Below are positions 11,329 through 24,255 of a stretch of 64,000 bases of DNA, piece after piece (the stretch's first letter is position 1; the number at the start of each line of letters is the position of its first letter). Position numbers and translations under genes: made by a program. Below the pieces are notes generated by a model, which was not told the origin of the DNA, made no database searches, and saw only the letters and a program-made list of their open reading frames with translations. Source of the DNA: Botryllus schlosseri (lineage: Eukaryota). The stretch covers positions 39,434,001-39,498,000 of the forward strand of contig CM119371.1 of assembly GCA_051294905.1 (NCBI GenBank). The letters run 5' to 3'.

Positions 11329-12671
11329 CAGTGGTTCTCAACCGCCGGTCCGCGACGACATTTTTGCCGGTCCGTGAGGTAAATTAGGATTTTATACCTT
11401 AATTTCAAGATGCAATGTGTTAAAGGCTTTATCACTCATCAAATTGTAAACTCATTCAGAACTGCGTGAGGTAACATTAGGGATCGAAACATGTTCGATT
11501 TGACTTGAAGTTCGAGATCGCTGGTGACGACATATACGAGCGGAATCGTTAAACCGCTTAGTTTGCACGATCATTCGTTTTCGATTCATTCATTTTGTGG
11601 ATGACTAGGTATCGATGCTGCCTGCTATTTTACTCTCGGCATAGCAATTTTACCTGACTCAGCAGACACACTACCGTAACATCACATGAATACCATCATG
11701 AACATATTTAATTACGAAAAATCCCTCGAAATGTCACTCTCTAGTGCAGGGGTGGCCAACCTGCGGCCGTTGCAGAAAATTTGTGAGGCCGTCGACACGT
11801 ATTTCAATGAGAACGTGTTGGCGGCCGTCGACAAGAAAATTGAATTTAAAAATTGACTCCCGATTAAACCCGCGATTCAATGCGATTTCATTTTTCGATT
11901 TTAATATCATAGCCCCCCCCTTTGCAATCGGAGCCCCACAGTACAGATGTGAATATTAGAGGAAAATGGTGCGCCCTAAAAACTGGGAATCGTGTGCTCC
12001 TGACGAAAGAAATTTGTTTCTGTTGCGTTTGGGCGATTTCAATATCTTTTCACTTTGACCGACAATCCTGATGGGAGGTCAAGTAAAGTAATAACAGCAA
12101 AGAAGTGACTGTAACAGCAATAGGCCTACCAGAAAATGCATCATCATTTATAATTTGCCCTACATTTTTGAAAACACTCTCTCCATCAACTCTACTGTTG
12201 AATCTGATTACATAAGCTGAAAACGGATAAATGTTTGATAGTAATATCTAATATGTAGAACTGCTAATATTAGACGAAATGCATTCGTGGATCTGAAAAA
12301 TATTTCGCGCTTCGCGCGACCAAAGCCGTATAGTACGTATAGTAAGGCCGATATGAAAAACTAGATTAATCCGGAGTTCAACGGAAATGGACATGAACAC
12401 TGCATGGTGGGCAGTTAACATGAGTATTTGGCGTCCATGCAGTTACCTCACTACGGATATGCCCAGGTATGGGCCGTAGGCTAGATAAGAAATATAAATG
12501 CGGCCGCCAATAGCAAAAAGGTTGTCCATCCCTGCTCTAGTACAATACTTGCAAAAAACGGTTGCATACCTTACATTTCGGGTTTATTTCAATTTTGGAA
12601 GGTCCGCCGGTTCGCCAAATATTTTTTGAAATTTTAACGGTCCGTGAGGTCAAAAAGGTTGAGAACCACTA
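11329..12671. mobile_element. non-autonomous hAT (Charlie-like), middle element
   Basis: CAGTGGTTCTCAACC...GGTTGAGAACCACTA termini; TSD ATATAGGC (11321-11328, 12672-12679). Confidence 0.9.
11747..12534. mobile_element. non-autonomous hAT, inner element
   Basis: CAGGGGTGGCCAACC...GGTTGTCCATCCCTG termini; TSD CTCTAGTG/CTCTAGTA (7/8). Confidence 0.85.
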
Positions 12672-13198
12672 ATATAGGCCATATCTCTGTATGTGAAGAA
12701 GTATTTATATTTATAATATTTATATATTGTAGAGGCGTAATGATAGTCATGATGCTGTCAGCATTGTGTGTCCTGGAGTTGAACTAAAAGTATAATCAGC
12801 ATAGCATATATCTATGAACAGATCACTGCTCATAGACTCAATTTTACATCCATTTTCAAGAATCGGTACCACCGACTTTCATATCTAATTTTGACCATGG
12901 GGACAACCAGCTTATAAATTCTCGTCAATGTTTCTAACGCGTATACGTTATCCTCAAATCAATGTTTGGTTTGTTTTGAATATACAAATACATATATATT
13001 ATTTCCATGTCGTCGGTCACGATATAATCATACAACAATATTGGATTTGCGCTTAGTGTCGCAATTTTATATTGTGCGGCCCGCAAATGGATTCAAATGC
13101 TGAATGCGGCCCGCGAGCTAAAAAGTTTGCCCACCCCTGGTGTAGACTAATAAACGATCGAGATCCTGGGATAAATTGGTAAACAAGTGTAGCGGGGT

Positions 13199-13408
13199 GG
13201 CGAGATAGCGCAGTGGTATAATCCGCGGCTGCAACACCAATGGGTGCGGGTTCGAGTCCGACCGAGGTCGTCTTCCGAATTCCGATACCTAAGTGTTGGA
13301 GGTTTACCTAGGCTCCTCCTCGCCACCTCATCCGCGTCAGCGGTGTCTTACAAAAGCCTAAAGGTGGGCCGTGCTATAAGTCGGCAATTACGGAAAATAA
13401 GAAGAATA
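13199..13408 (+). mobile_element. tRNA-derived SINE
   Basis: Pol III A box TAGCGCAGTGG and B box GGTTCGAGTCC, tRNA-unrelated body and A-rich tail; second copy at 57868-58049 (-). Confidence 0.75.
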
Positions 13409-13729
13409 TCGGCCTGGTGTAAATGACCTTAGTAGTCGACAAACACCATGAATACCCCAAAACAAAAAGAAAACAAAAAGTGTGGCGGTGTAACCCCTCT
13501 TAGGCTTTTATACGAAACAGTATTCACGAAACAGCAGGCTGACAAGACAACACGGCATTGAATGGAGAGTATGGGCCGTCCGGCAAACACACAGCGCGTC
13601 TGACAGCAGGTTTTAAAACTAAATGTTTGTCTAGCCGAGCTGCGTAGCCTACATAAGCAACGATTTTCAGTACTCGCTATTATAATATGGACAGACTTGT
13701 ACACACTACCCATTTAGTTAGTTGAATAC

Positions 13730-14400
13730 CAATACTTTTAGTTTAGTTCTACTTGCGGATTTCGAAAACTTAGTAGTTTTAGTTGTAGGTCTAGTCGTGA
13801 ATTTGTAAAAATGAGTAGTTTTACTTCTAGTTCCAGTTGCAGATTCTGAAATGTCATTCGTTTTAGTTCCAGTACATATAAATATAATAGTTGCAGAACA
13901 ACTAGGATACACATCCCTTCATTTGGCTGAAATCGTGATACGGGTGTTTTGTTGTATGATAATTTTGCAGCCATTGCTAAAGAGTTATCAACGCTTACAG
14001 TGGCGTAGCCTGCTGGTGGACCATCTTACATATGTTGGCTGACTATCGCTCGAGTATCAAACTAGACAACCTACATAATTATGGGTTATTAGCGTAAATT
14101 TGGACCCATTTTGAGTAGCTCTAGTTCCAATTGCGGATTTTGAAAATTGAGTAGTTCCATCTCTAGTTATTCTCGCGTTTTAAAAATTAGTTCTAGTTCT
14201 GCATATGGATTATCCAGTAGTTGGTACAAGTCTGAATATGGAGCTACGCAAGAAATGGAGTTACGACTTCATTCAAGTAATTGGAAACAACTCCCGGAAG
14301 GAGTGCACCCTAAATTCGAGCTTGTTTAAGGTTTTTGCGAATTCAGTAGTTCGGAATACAATCCATATCCAAGTAGAACTTTAGTTATGCTTCGAATCTA
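13730..14400. repeat. dispersed repeat family rich in CTAGTTCTAGTTGCGGATTTTGAAAA motifs
   Basis: Also at ~17870-17965 (same strand) and ~31830-31960 and ~32950-33260 (opposite strand); no termini resolved. Confidence 0.6.
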
Positions 14401-15029
14401 ATTTGGAAGAAAATTACTGCTATCATTTTAATTATTACGTAGAATATTTTGGGAACCTGAAAATTTTCTAGTCAGCTTATAGGACGATTTGAGTGCTCGA
14501 ATCCGTATGCAATAACGACGATACTGATTCTAGTGGAGAAGAGAGAGCCGGTATATTTCAGCAAACTGAAATTATGCGCCACTTGACCCAAAAGGTTTGA
14601 GCTGGGCAAGATCGTGGATACATTTCCCTGCATCTAGTGTAGGCCTACCACCTGCAGTATAGCCACAAAGCGCAATGCAATATTTATATGTTCGAAAAGC
14701 AACAAATCAAATTCAATGCGCTGTATCTCAGTATTTTTTTCTCTTATGAGATCTATCTTTCAACTTACCATTTCTTTATACTGCTATGACGTCGTAATGG
14801 TGCGATCCTTGAGCCAAAGCCTAATATTCGATTCGAAATTGAATCACTTGCAAAATACCGTTTTTTTGCGTCGTATTCAAATGGTTTTTGTCTACTTGCT
14901 CATGTAGACATGTTTTTTTTGTACTACTTCCATTTGTCATTGGAGAATATTATTAGTCAAAACCACCTAATTTTAGGACCTTGGTTGTTGTGTAACGTAT
15001 GATTGCATCAATACTAGTCAGGGGTCACG

Positions 15030-15255
15030 TTTACCGGAACACGAACTCTCATATCGATCTCGCATTCTGTAACCTGTCCTTTTTATCATCTTCCTTTACA
15101 TTTAGTGGACATGCCCACTTTTTACATAGCCTTGACCTGGTGTGTGTCCGATTTCAAAGACTAATTGAAGTCGTTTCGACACCTTTCTATCTTTTCATTG
15201 TATCGCAGTCTTGTGGTGTTTTGAAATGATGTAATAGATAATAATAAATTGAAAC
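15030..15255 (+). mobile_element. LINE 3'UTR fragment related to 710-1111
   Basis: Shared block ...TCGACA..TCTTTTCATTGTATCGCA..TTGTGGTGT.TTGAA.TGAT..AATAAA. Confidence 0.6.
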
Positions 15256-15744
15256 TACATAAATGTAATATGCAAACAAACTGAGCAAGCCGCAATGCCA
15301 CAACATCGACCTCTACTTTCGAAAATGCCTTCGTTTCATATTGTCAATAATCTGCTTTTGTGCCGATTCAAAGCAGTAACTCCCGAACAACGATACCGAA
15401 AGTATGTCATTCCTCGACAAAATCTACCATTACAAACAACTTACTCGAAAACTTTTCATGCGTTACATTTTCTTTTCACGTGTCTTTGACATCGTTATAA
15501 CTACTTGTACTCCACTCGGAATCAAGCCGTTACACTTCTTCTCGTGTACCAACGTGACTCCTTTGCATCTTAGGTAGCACTCGAAACTAACACTATTATA
15601 TTTCCTCAGACTTACACCATTGAATAGCAGCGAGATCTGTATTGAACCAAATCAACGATAATGATTTGTGACGATCGAGTTAACATGACAAGACATCACG
15701 CAGCATATCTAGTTGCCGAGTCCGGATCAAAGCAGAATTCACCA

Positions 15745-17560
15745 TTCATATACTTTTACTTCCGTGGACGCCCGAATATTCACCATACGAACTGAGCGAT
15801 CTTTTGGATCTGTCTCCTTCATCATTTTCACTCGGCTACGTTACGTTCCAATCGTCCAAAGCGAGAGTGCACACATGTTGTTTTATAGAGATAAAACCCA
15901 ACTGTTCGTAAATCGACGAGTCGGAAGTGCGGAAAAAAATACATCAAACCTGGCCGCTCTTCGGTGGCAATCTTCGTGGGTTCGTGGAGCACATAACACT
16001 CAGGCTACGATTGATAAGCAATTGGCATTGATCGAGAGCAGGTACCGACTGAATCAATTTAAAATTCTCTCGTATCCCAAACTTCAGTGTTTATGATCAC
16101 TTCTAAACCATTTGACGGAATACACCGCTGACGGCATGGTTGAACTCATCAAATCCATGTACAGGAAACGTCTGGTGCCTCCGGACATCCCAGAAACACC
16201 CGCCGCTTAGGACTAACCGGTCGTCATACGAAAACGTGGCGCGATGTTTTGGTGGAAATACTACTGGTTGTCTTCTATATAGGTATCAGCTCTAACGTTA
16301 TTTCCGTAGGTGTTGTTATCAGAGCCAGTGTTGCGGTCATAGATAATTGCTTGAGTTGAAATACTCGTGGAGACTATTTTGTCTTGCACGGTCATGTGAA
16401 ATTCGACGTCATCAATACTGTCAAAAGTTACCTTTATGTCAAACGTATTGTCCATATAGCTAAACGAACACAGTTGTGGGAGCACCAGTTGGACGACAGG
16501 GTCAGCATCACATCTCCGGCGTTCGAGGGTTCGATGCTAATAATGGCCGAATCAAAAACTCTTGTCTTGATGCGATCTTCAAAGTTTGACGCTTTGGGGA
16601 AGTTAAAATTTCCAGAACTGTCTCCGAGAATCAGCTCGCAATCGTCGTCGTGACTGAACGTAATAGACGAGAAGCGCTAATTTCGATCCCTGGTAGGCCG
16701 GATCTCCCCAGCAGATCTGAATCGGCTGTAAATCATTCTCAATTTGTGCCTCATACCGCCCCATTCAGGATAAACCCCTTGTCGATCACAGTGTCGTTTT
16801 CGGATGTTGATCGATGCTTCAATTTTGTTCATAAGCTTGGAGCAACGGTGGCGAATGAATAGAGAAAACGGGGGCATAGGTGCTACCGGATTTCGACTTT
16901 TGGAGTGTTTGTGATTGCTGCATTCCTCGATGAGAGAATTGAGAGTAACACACCGAGCGATATCATTTTCTGCAATAAACCTTTTGCTAGTTTCTAATTT
17001 TTTCACATATTGATCCATGAATAAAAAGTTATCATCTGCATCTGGAAAAGCCTCAACCCAAAGTGTCCTGCGAGGATCCGACAAAACAGACAAATATAAA
17101 TAATCAGCAGAAAGTCCTCATAGTCTCCGAGGCAACATTACTTGTCATCACATTCTTCCAGTAAGCGTCGAGTGTAATTGCTCTTCTCGTTACGATTCTT
17201 TCCAAGAGTAACTTCACTTCGTTGCAAAACTTGACGTGTAGCTGTTTGCTGTCTTTGCGAATGGGCTTCAGGATAGCTTCATGTATTTTGCTGGTCAACA
17301 CGTGAAGCTTTGGTGAGATCTCACGCAGTGGACGGTATTCGGCAAATCTTATGAGCGCTTTACAAGTAGAGTAACGGGTTTCGTCTGCCGTACGTACCGG
17401 CTTCGTGACACCTAACAAAGATAGCAGGGTGTTCAAGCCATCTGCCTGCCGAATGAGTTTCTTTAACTTCACGTTTCTTCTTGTTACATCATGGTGCAGC
17501 ATGCACTTTGAAAGGTTCACGTCCGGATGCATAATAGTGTTGATAACAAGATACGATATC
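15745..17560 (-). pseudogene. DCAF1: DCAF1/VprBP-like pseudogene fragment (end of ARM region, LisH, WD40), apparently intronless
   Basis: Manual translation across frameshifts: GLNTLLSLLGVTKPVRTADETRYSTCKAL..HVKFC; TLNSLIEE..RNPVAPMPPFSLF..H.C; IYSRFR; DSAIISIEPS; AIIYDRNTG; ATFSYDDRLVLSGGCFWDVR..FDEFNHAVSGVF/SNGLEVIINTEVWD/SVPALDQC; FRT. These match the remembered vertebrate DCAF1 sequence in order. In-frame stops (16677, 16261) and several frameshifts. Confidence 0.88.
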
Positions 17561-17564
17561 TCAC

Positions 17565-17658
17565 ATATCCTCCACAGTCATATCTTTCAAAATCTGGCAG
17601 TAGTCCACATTCCGGACAGCTTGATCGTCCCATACTTTGGAAGACAAGAGAATAGCAC
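17565..17658 (-). pseudogene. CCNY: CCNY exon 8
   Basis: ttcag|GT GCT ATT CTC.. = [33 protein letters not shown]|gtgaga. Confidence 0.95.
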
Positions 17659-18460
17659 CTGAACACAAAATCGACCAAATTACCAGCTATAAATAGTCAA
17701 TCAAATGGACCAAGTTATCATAATTAAATAAGGGAAAGCAAAAATCGTGATATAGCGAATATATAACGAAACACATTCTCATTAATAGCATATTGCCACA
17801 GTGTAAAGACCTGGCTCGCCTGCACAAACCACCAATGTCGTTTCGTTGAAGGTTAACTAAATACTGTTTTTTGAGTGGTTCTAGTTCTAGTTCCGTGTTT
17901 TGAAAGAGATTTCTTCTAGGTCTTGTTCTTTAAAAAAAGGAATTAGTTGCGGAACAACTAGAAAGCCAGTAGGGCGATTTTTTTCCACACGTTGAAATTA
18001 TGTCAAAATTGTAGCGTTAGGTCACAATATGAACTTTCTTTCTCTATTCTTGACAAGATACTTAGTAAGGCATACACTTTCTACCCAATAATGTAGGAAA
18101 TTATATTTTGTTGTGCTACAAAATTTTCTCATTGTTCCTACCATAATGCGTAATCTAACTACTGGAATTCTTCACATGGGTGGATTTTGTTAAATTGATA
18201 TTTTTTGATGTAAAAATTTGTCAGTTTTTGAGGCAAAAAAAGTTTTTTTTTTCAGGCCGAACCACTTCGTTAGGACAGACATTTCCAACCAGAAATGAAG
18301 TTATAAGTAGTACAATTCTAACATTAGGTGGGAAAACGCCTAATTTGCATACGTTAGGTAAAATTTAAGATTTTTCAAGGTAAAAAATGTCAAATTCTGA
18401 TTTTTTAGGTGAAAAAAATCGCCTACTAATGACTATCATGCAGTTAACGAGTGCACACAC

Positions 18461-18533
18461 CTAGCACGATACGCTTCCAATTCCCAGGTCATAAAATAAT
18501 CTCCGGGTATGCTAATAACCTTTTTAAACAAAC
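18461..18533 (-). pseudogene. CCNY: CCNY exon 7, copy B
   Basis: [24 protein letters not shown]. Confidence 0.9.
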
Positions 18534-20259
18534 CTGAAAAGAGGAAGAACCAAGTCACTAATGGCACCAATAATCTATCAAAGGATCATTGGCAGCGTAC
18601 CAAGAAGCAATCGATACAATAAAGAACTGATTTGAAGTTTGAATATAAAAACTGTGTATGGGAGTGGGATATAGGGGCATATATATTGATGTATATAATT
18701 TTTCCGCTGATGAAAATATGCTATGTTTAAAAAATGGATGGGGACTGAGGAATATTAATAAGACAATATGAGAGAAAATCATTTTAATATACTGGCGTTT
18801 GTCTCATTCTTGATGAAGTAGCGGTGTGCTTATTAGGACTGTTCAAAAATAACATTTTTTTCAAATGTTACGGCCCACTTAATAAAACTGTTAGATTGCC
18901 TGAAAAAAGAACACGCTGCAAACCAATTTTGGCACAATTCCAACCAATAGAAGCATTGCAATATAAGAAAAAGTATTATATTTATTTAATAAAGATCAAT
19001 ATAAAAATATTACTGGCAACCCCATGAAATTGTTAGGTTGCATGAAGAAAAAATGCACAACAAGTTTGGCTTAATTCCAACCAGTAAAAGTTATTAGAGT
19101 GCAAAATTTTCGGATTTGTAAAAATAGTATTTATAGTGGAATAGTCTTCAATTATTTACTATGGATATTTCAGATTATTCATGGCTTATAATAGTATTTA
19201 CAGTGAACAGCTAGTCTGTGTTGCTCGTAAATACTATCACAAGCAATCAATAATTGAGATTTCATGAAGGAATAGATTGCACTTCCTAAATCCTATTTTA
19301 TATTAACCATACTGCTTCAAAGTACATTTTGCAATAATTTTTGTTTTGTGGAAACGGAACACCACATTGATTTTCAAGTCCCTCCCCCCCTGGCTTTATA
19401 TCATCAGTAACATTTTCCATCGAGTTTAGAGCAAAAAAGTTGATTTTTTCCAATTCCGTGACTGGACTCGAGTCACGATTTTCTGATGACTCGACTAGAG
19501 TCATTTCTCAAAATACGGAAGTGACTCAACTTGAGTCAATTTGTGTGTTGACTCGGCTTGCAATCGAGTCATTGCTCATGACTTGAACCAAGTCCGATGA
19601 CTTGAGACTCACACCGTCACCTCAAGACCGACATTTCATTTTGAGGAATAGTAAAATAACCACACTATTGGGATTTCGTCTATCGGTACTGGTACTTGAA
19701 AATGCGACCAGAAAATGCTAAAAGTGAGGAAAATTAGTATATTATAAATGCGAATCATTCAATATCACCAAACAGAGTTATAAAAGTGGGTTTAACAAGA
19801 CTTTAACAAGAAACTGAGCAATCAACACAATGACTTGGACTCGACGCTCTGCTCTCTGACTTGGACTCAAACTTGACTCGGTGGTGAATTGATAATGACT
19901 CAAATCGAGTCAAAACTATAAAAGTGAGATTGACATGCGACTCGGAGCCTTGTGACTTGGTTAAAACCCAGATAGCCAGTAAAATTTAAGAAATATTTAG
20001 GGCTGTTTTTCCACAGCCAAAATTGGATCTCAATTTCCATCAAGCAGCCAGTAAAATCAATAAAATTTCAACAGCCTTATTGCAGCATGTCCTATAAATA
20101 AATAATACATGAAATCAGATAAAAATATACGGTATTTCTTCTACTGTTACCGGAGAAATGATTTTAATCACTTCAAGCGTTTCATTGTTTCAGGAATTCA
20201 ATTTTATCGGTAGCCTAATTGATGACAAGACGTTGATGCACAAAGTTCTTTCAAAATCC

Positions 20260-20777
20260 CAGGGTTGTAACCAAGTCACAAGTTTCCGAGTAACAAGTCA
20301 ATCCCACTTTTATAGCTTTGACTCGAGTCATTTTCAATTCACCACCGAGTCAAGTCCGACTCCAAGTCAGCTAGCCGAGGGTCGAGTCCGAGTCATGGTA
20401 TTATGACGAGTCTGACTCCAAGTCATTGTGTTGAACGCTCAATTTCCAGTTAAAGTCTTGTTAAACCCACTGTTGTAACTGTTTTGGCAACATCGAATGG
20501 TTCGCATCTATAATATACTAATTTTCCTCACTTTTAGCAGTTTTTGGTCGTATTTTAAAGTACCGGTACCAGTACCAACAGACAAGATATGAATGGTGTG
20601 ATTATTTAACTTTTCTTCGATATTACAATGAAATGTCGGTTATACTTGTTTGAGTCTCGAGTCATATCCTTGGTTCGAGTCATGCGTAATGCCTCGAGTC
20701 CAAGTCGAGTCAATACACAAATTGTTCGAGTCAAGTCGAGTCATCGGAAAATCGTGACTCGAGTCATTACAACCCTG
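20260..20777. mobile_element. hAT MITE, CAGGGTTGTAA family (GACTCGAGTC-rich)
   Basis: CAGGGTTGTAA...TTACAACCCTG; TSD CAAAATCC/CCAAATCC. Further copies at ~19440-19970, ~22598-22980 and ~40215-41322. Confidence 0.85.
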
Positions 20778-20916
20778 CCAAATCCCATCTAGTCACCGAC
20801 GATCACCCCCCTGACGAGTGTCAGCCGAAAATAGTCGGATTCATATAAATAAGAATACACTATTCAATAGTACCGCATGTCGAAGTTCTTTCGGCTGCCT
20901 GCAAGCAAATCCTTAC

Positions 20917-21036
20917 CAAAGTAACTATTGCACATTCCGCAGTCAATTACGCCGCGCTAAATAACGTCCTAATGAAGCGATAAATATGCCGATGCTCCGA
21001 CTCTCGCTTGTCGTAATCTGACAGCACATGATCGCG
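20917..21036 (-). pseudogene. CCNY: CCNY exon 6, copy B
   Basis: [39 protein letters not shown]|gtaagg. Confidence 0.92.
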
Positions 21037-21199
21037 CTGAAATGAAGATCGAAAAAACGCAGTTTGTAAGTCTTGTTATCGTATTATTGAATCAAGCATT
21101 GGCAGTTTACTCGCAAGCATTTTCGGTCATCAAAACACAGCGCAGACTTGGGCAACAAATTTTCAGATTTTCTATATCAGATAGAATTATTGCTGTACA

Positions 21200-21780
21200 G
21201 TACACTGTACAGCCTTAATCCAAATTGGACTCGAATTAGAATTATTGCCACACGGTTTATTTCAAATTAGAATAATCGCTGCACAAGTTTTTTCCAAATC
21301 TGACAAGAATTAGAATTGTAGCCACACAGTTTATTCCAAATTTGATTGAAACTAAGAATAATAGTTGCATGCACAGTTTTTTTCATAATTAAACTAGAAT
21401 TAGAATTATAGCCACACAGTTTAGTCCAAATTAGATTAGAATTATAGCAAGAATTTTTTCAACTCAGATTAGAATTAGGATTATAACTATTTTTTTTCCA
21501 AATTACGTTGGAATTAAAATTGTGGCTACGGTTTATTCCTAATTAGATTAAAATTAGAATAATAGCTATACAGTTCATTTTCCAAGTTAGATTAGAACTA
21601 GAATAATAGCTAACATTTTTTTTTCAAATTACATCACAATGAAAATTGTGGCTAAAGTTTATTCCAAATTAGATTAAAATTAGAATAATAGCTATACAGT
21701 TTTTATCTAAATTACACTAGAATTACAATTATCGCTAGTTTTTCCTTCAAATTAGGTTAGGATTAAAATTAGAGCCTCAG
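21200..21780. repeat. degenerate minisatellite (AAATTAGA.TAGAATTAGAATTATAGC..ACAG)
   Basis: Imperfect ~40-45 bp units; paralogous array at ~26650-27530. Confidence 0.7.
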
Positions 21781-22166
21781 TTTTCTCCACATTCGAATTC
21801 CTGACACAAAAACTTGTAAATTGAATGGAGTTTGTTGATATCAAATCGGAGGCACGAGAATTGCAAATGTCTGTGTACAGAAAACTCGGCTCGCTTTGCA
21901 GTGTACAGTTCTCGTGTATAGCAGTTTCAGGTAAACCAGAAATTAGGCCAATATCATAATTACAATTGGATCGTAGAAACATTTTACAAATTTAACTAGA
22001 ATTAGATTGATGGCATCTGGCTTTAGAATTAACTAATAGTTCAAGCTTGCTACTAAGGATCTTGATATATGTAAAAATCTATTTCGGGTTTACAGATTAC
22101 TGGCGTCGGACATAACACAAGTCCTCAAACAATGCTACGAACTATTACAAATCGAAAACATCTCAC

Positions 22167-22256
22167 ATTCAAAGGATGCTTTTTATCATCGAAAATTCCT
22201 TAGTCTTCTTTCCACTGCTCCATTTTTCGATGAGGCTATAAACGGCTAATGCCACG
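22167..22256 (-). pseudogene. CCNY: CCNY exon 5, copy B (1-nt deletion)
   Basis: VALAVYSLIEKWSSGKKTKEF/DDKKHPLN; 90 nt vs 91 nt in copy A. Confidence 0.85.
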
Positions 22257-24255
22257 CTGTATAGACAAAAAATACGGGTGGCAACATTATTGGGTAACGG
22301 AATTAGTTTCAACTTGTGCCTGATATTGCAAATTGATCATGATTGACATGAATCAGAATTGACTGTTAATTCTAATTTATGGAGTCGTATAGCGAGAGAT
22401 GAGATTTGAGAGAACTGAATCATCAGCTCCATGCCACCGAGAGTTAATTTATAAGCAATCATAGTTTCAACACTATTTTCCACTGGGAAAGGCTGTAACC
22501 CTAGATTGCTCGTATCACAGCGTACGAAATTGTAATTACTATCGAATGTAAACATGGAATTGCCGAATCTGCTGCTGGAAACTGGAGGATTTCCGGCAGG
22601 GTTGTGACCAAGTCACAAGGTTCCGGGTCACAAGTCCGTTTCAATAATATAGTTTCGAGTCAAGTCGAGTCATTTTCAATTCCAAACCGAGCATAAGTCA
22701 GTGAGTAGAGGCTCGAGTTCGAGTCATACTGTTCCCTCCTGCTCCCGCCCAATCACTGTGTTCACTGTTTAGTTTTTAGTTCAATCCTGTTCGACCCACT
22801 TTTTTCAACTATGTGGGAGTAACATATAATGGCTCGCATTCATAATATCGTGATTTTCCTCAGTCCTAACAGATTCTGGCCCTATTTTCCGAGTATCGGG
22901 ACTGATAGACGAAATGTCATGTGAGGACTTAAATTCTTCGAAGTCACAATGAAATGTCATACGACTTAGTTCGAGTCATGCACAATGCACAATACAAAAA
23001 TTGATCCACCCTGAACAAGGTTCCGAGTCACAAGTCCATTTCAGTCGCTGTCCCAAAACAATTCTGATCCAGGACTCTAAGCTGCAATATCACTACTTGC
23101 CATCCCATGTTAGCATTCGATAGTATTACAAAGCCTGGTACTTTAGTGGAAATAACCCATTTGTGAAAAGGTGATAGACCCACAGCATTGTCACAAAGTG
23201 CAATGAAATCGAGGTAGTCTCGAAAAAAATTCAAATATCTTTTAATGAGATAATAGCTAGAACTGGCATTATTATATCTTTGGTAGTCGCATTAAAGTAC
23301 CTGGACATAATTGAACTTTTCATATCATTCATACAGTCATGTTCGAATGCTCAACTCGACGCACTTGATTTCACTCAGCTCTAGTTGTCAGTAAATAGAT
23401 TTAGATTACTGTGCAAGTGCATGCAGACTATGGCTGTTCAAAAAACAATTTTTTTTTCAAATCTCACTGGCTACGTGATAAAATTGTTAGGCTGGTAAAA
23501 ACAACGCTGCACATCAACTTTGGTTCAATTCCAACCGGTAAAAGCGAAATTCCTGCAGTAGAAAGTTTTGAATTTATTATCGAAAAATCTTCTGTCAACC
23601 CCACACAATCGTTAGGCTGTCAGTAAAGATGATGCACACCAAATTTGGCTCAATTCCAACCAGTAGATGCAAAGTTATTGGGGTAGAAAAATTTGGATGT
23701 GGTTAAAATAGTATTTACGGTGACTAACTCTTTAATTATTTACTATAAAATCATGGAAGTAGAAATTTTTCTACCGCAATAACTTCGCTTCTACTGGTTG
23801 GAACTTCGCTAAATTTGGTGTGCATCATCTCTACTGACAGCCTAACAATTTCGTGGGGTAGGCAGAAAAAATTTGAAATTTTATTTTTATATGATAGGCC
23901 TAAATTCAAAACTTTCTACGGCAAAAATCTCGCTTCTACTGGTTGGGATTGTGCCGAATGTGTTGCGCAACGTTGTTTTAACCGACCTAACAATTTTATC
24001 ACATAGCCAGTGAAATAGGAAGAAAAAGTTTTTTTTTTAACATCTCTAATGAGCACTGTGCAGTTACACAGACATACAATTGGGACAAGCAGGCATAAGC
24101 TGTTTAAGAACTCAAAAACTATTGTGTTACTGTGTTAATTTGCCTACATTAAGTCAAAATTACGATTTTAAAGGTAACAAATGTCAAAATTCTGATTTTT
24201 AGGTAAAAAAAATTGCCGTGCTAATGACAATCATGCAATTAACGAGCGCACCTAC

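Larger units (their letters stand above)
10756..13139. mobile_element. non-autonomous hAT (Charlie/Buster-like), outer element
   Basis: CAGGGGTGGG...CCCACCCCTG termini, GCGGCCCGC subterminal motifs, 8-bp TSD GTGTAGAC (10748-10755, 13140-13147). Confidence 0.9.

Noticed and set aside
13199..13272. Functional tRNA-Cys gene
   Set aside because: Acceptor and D stems do not pair, and the sequence continues into a body shared with a second dispersed copy.
16677..17093. HMG-box protein (NPVAPMPPFSLF)
   Set aside because: The flanking residues fit DCAF1 (KNPVATCPPFSLF..HQC..SRFR) collinearly over ~1.8 kb.
23040..23310. Possible extra CCNY exon after a minus-strand acceptor
   Set aside because: No frame resembles cyclin Y and all frames from that acceptor stop early.
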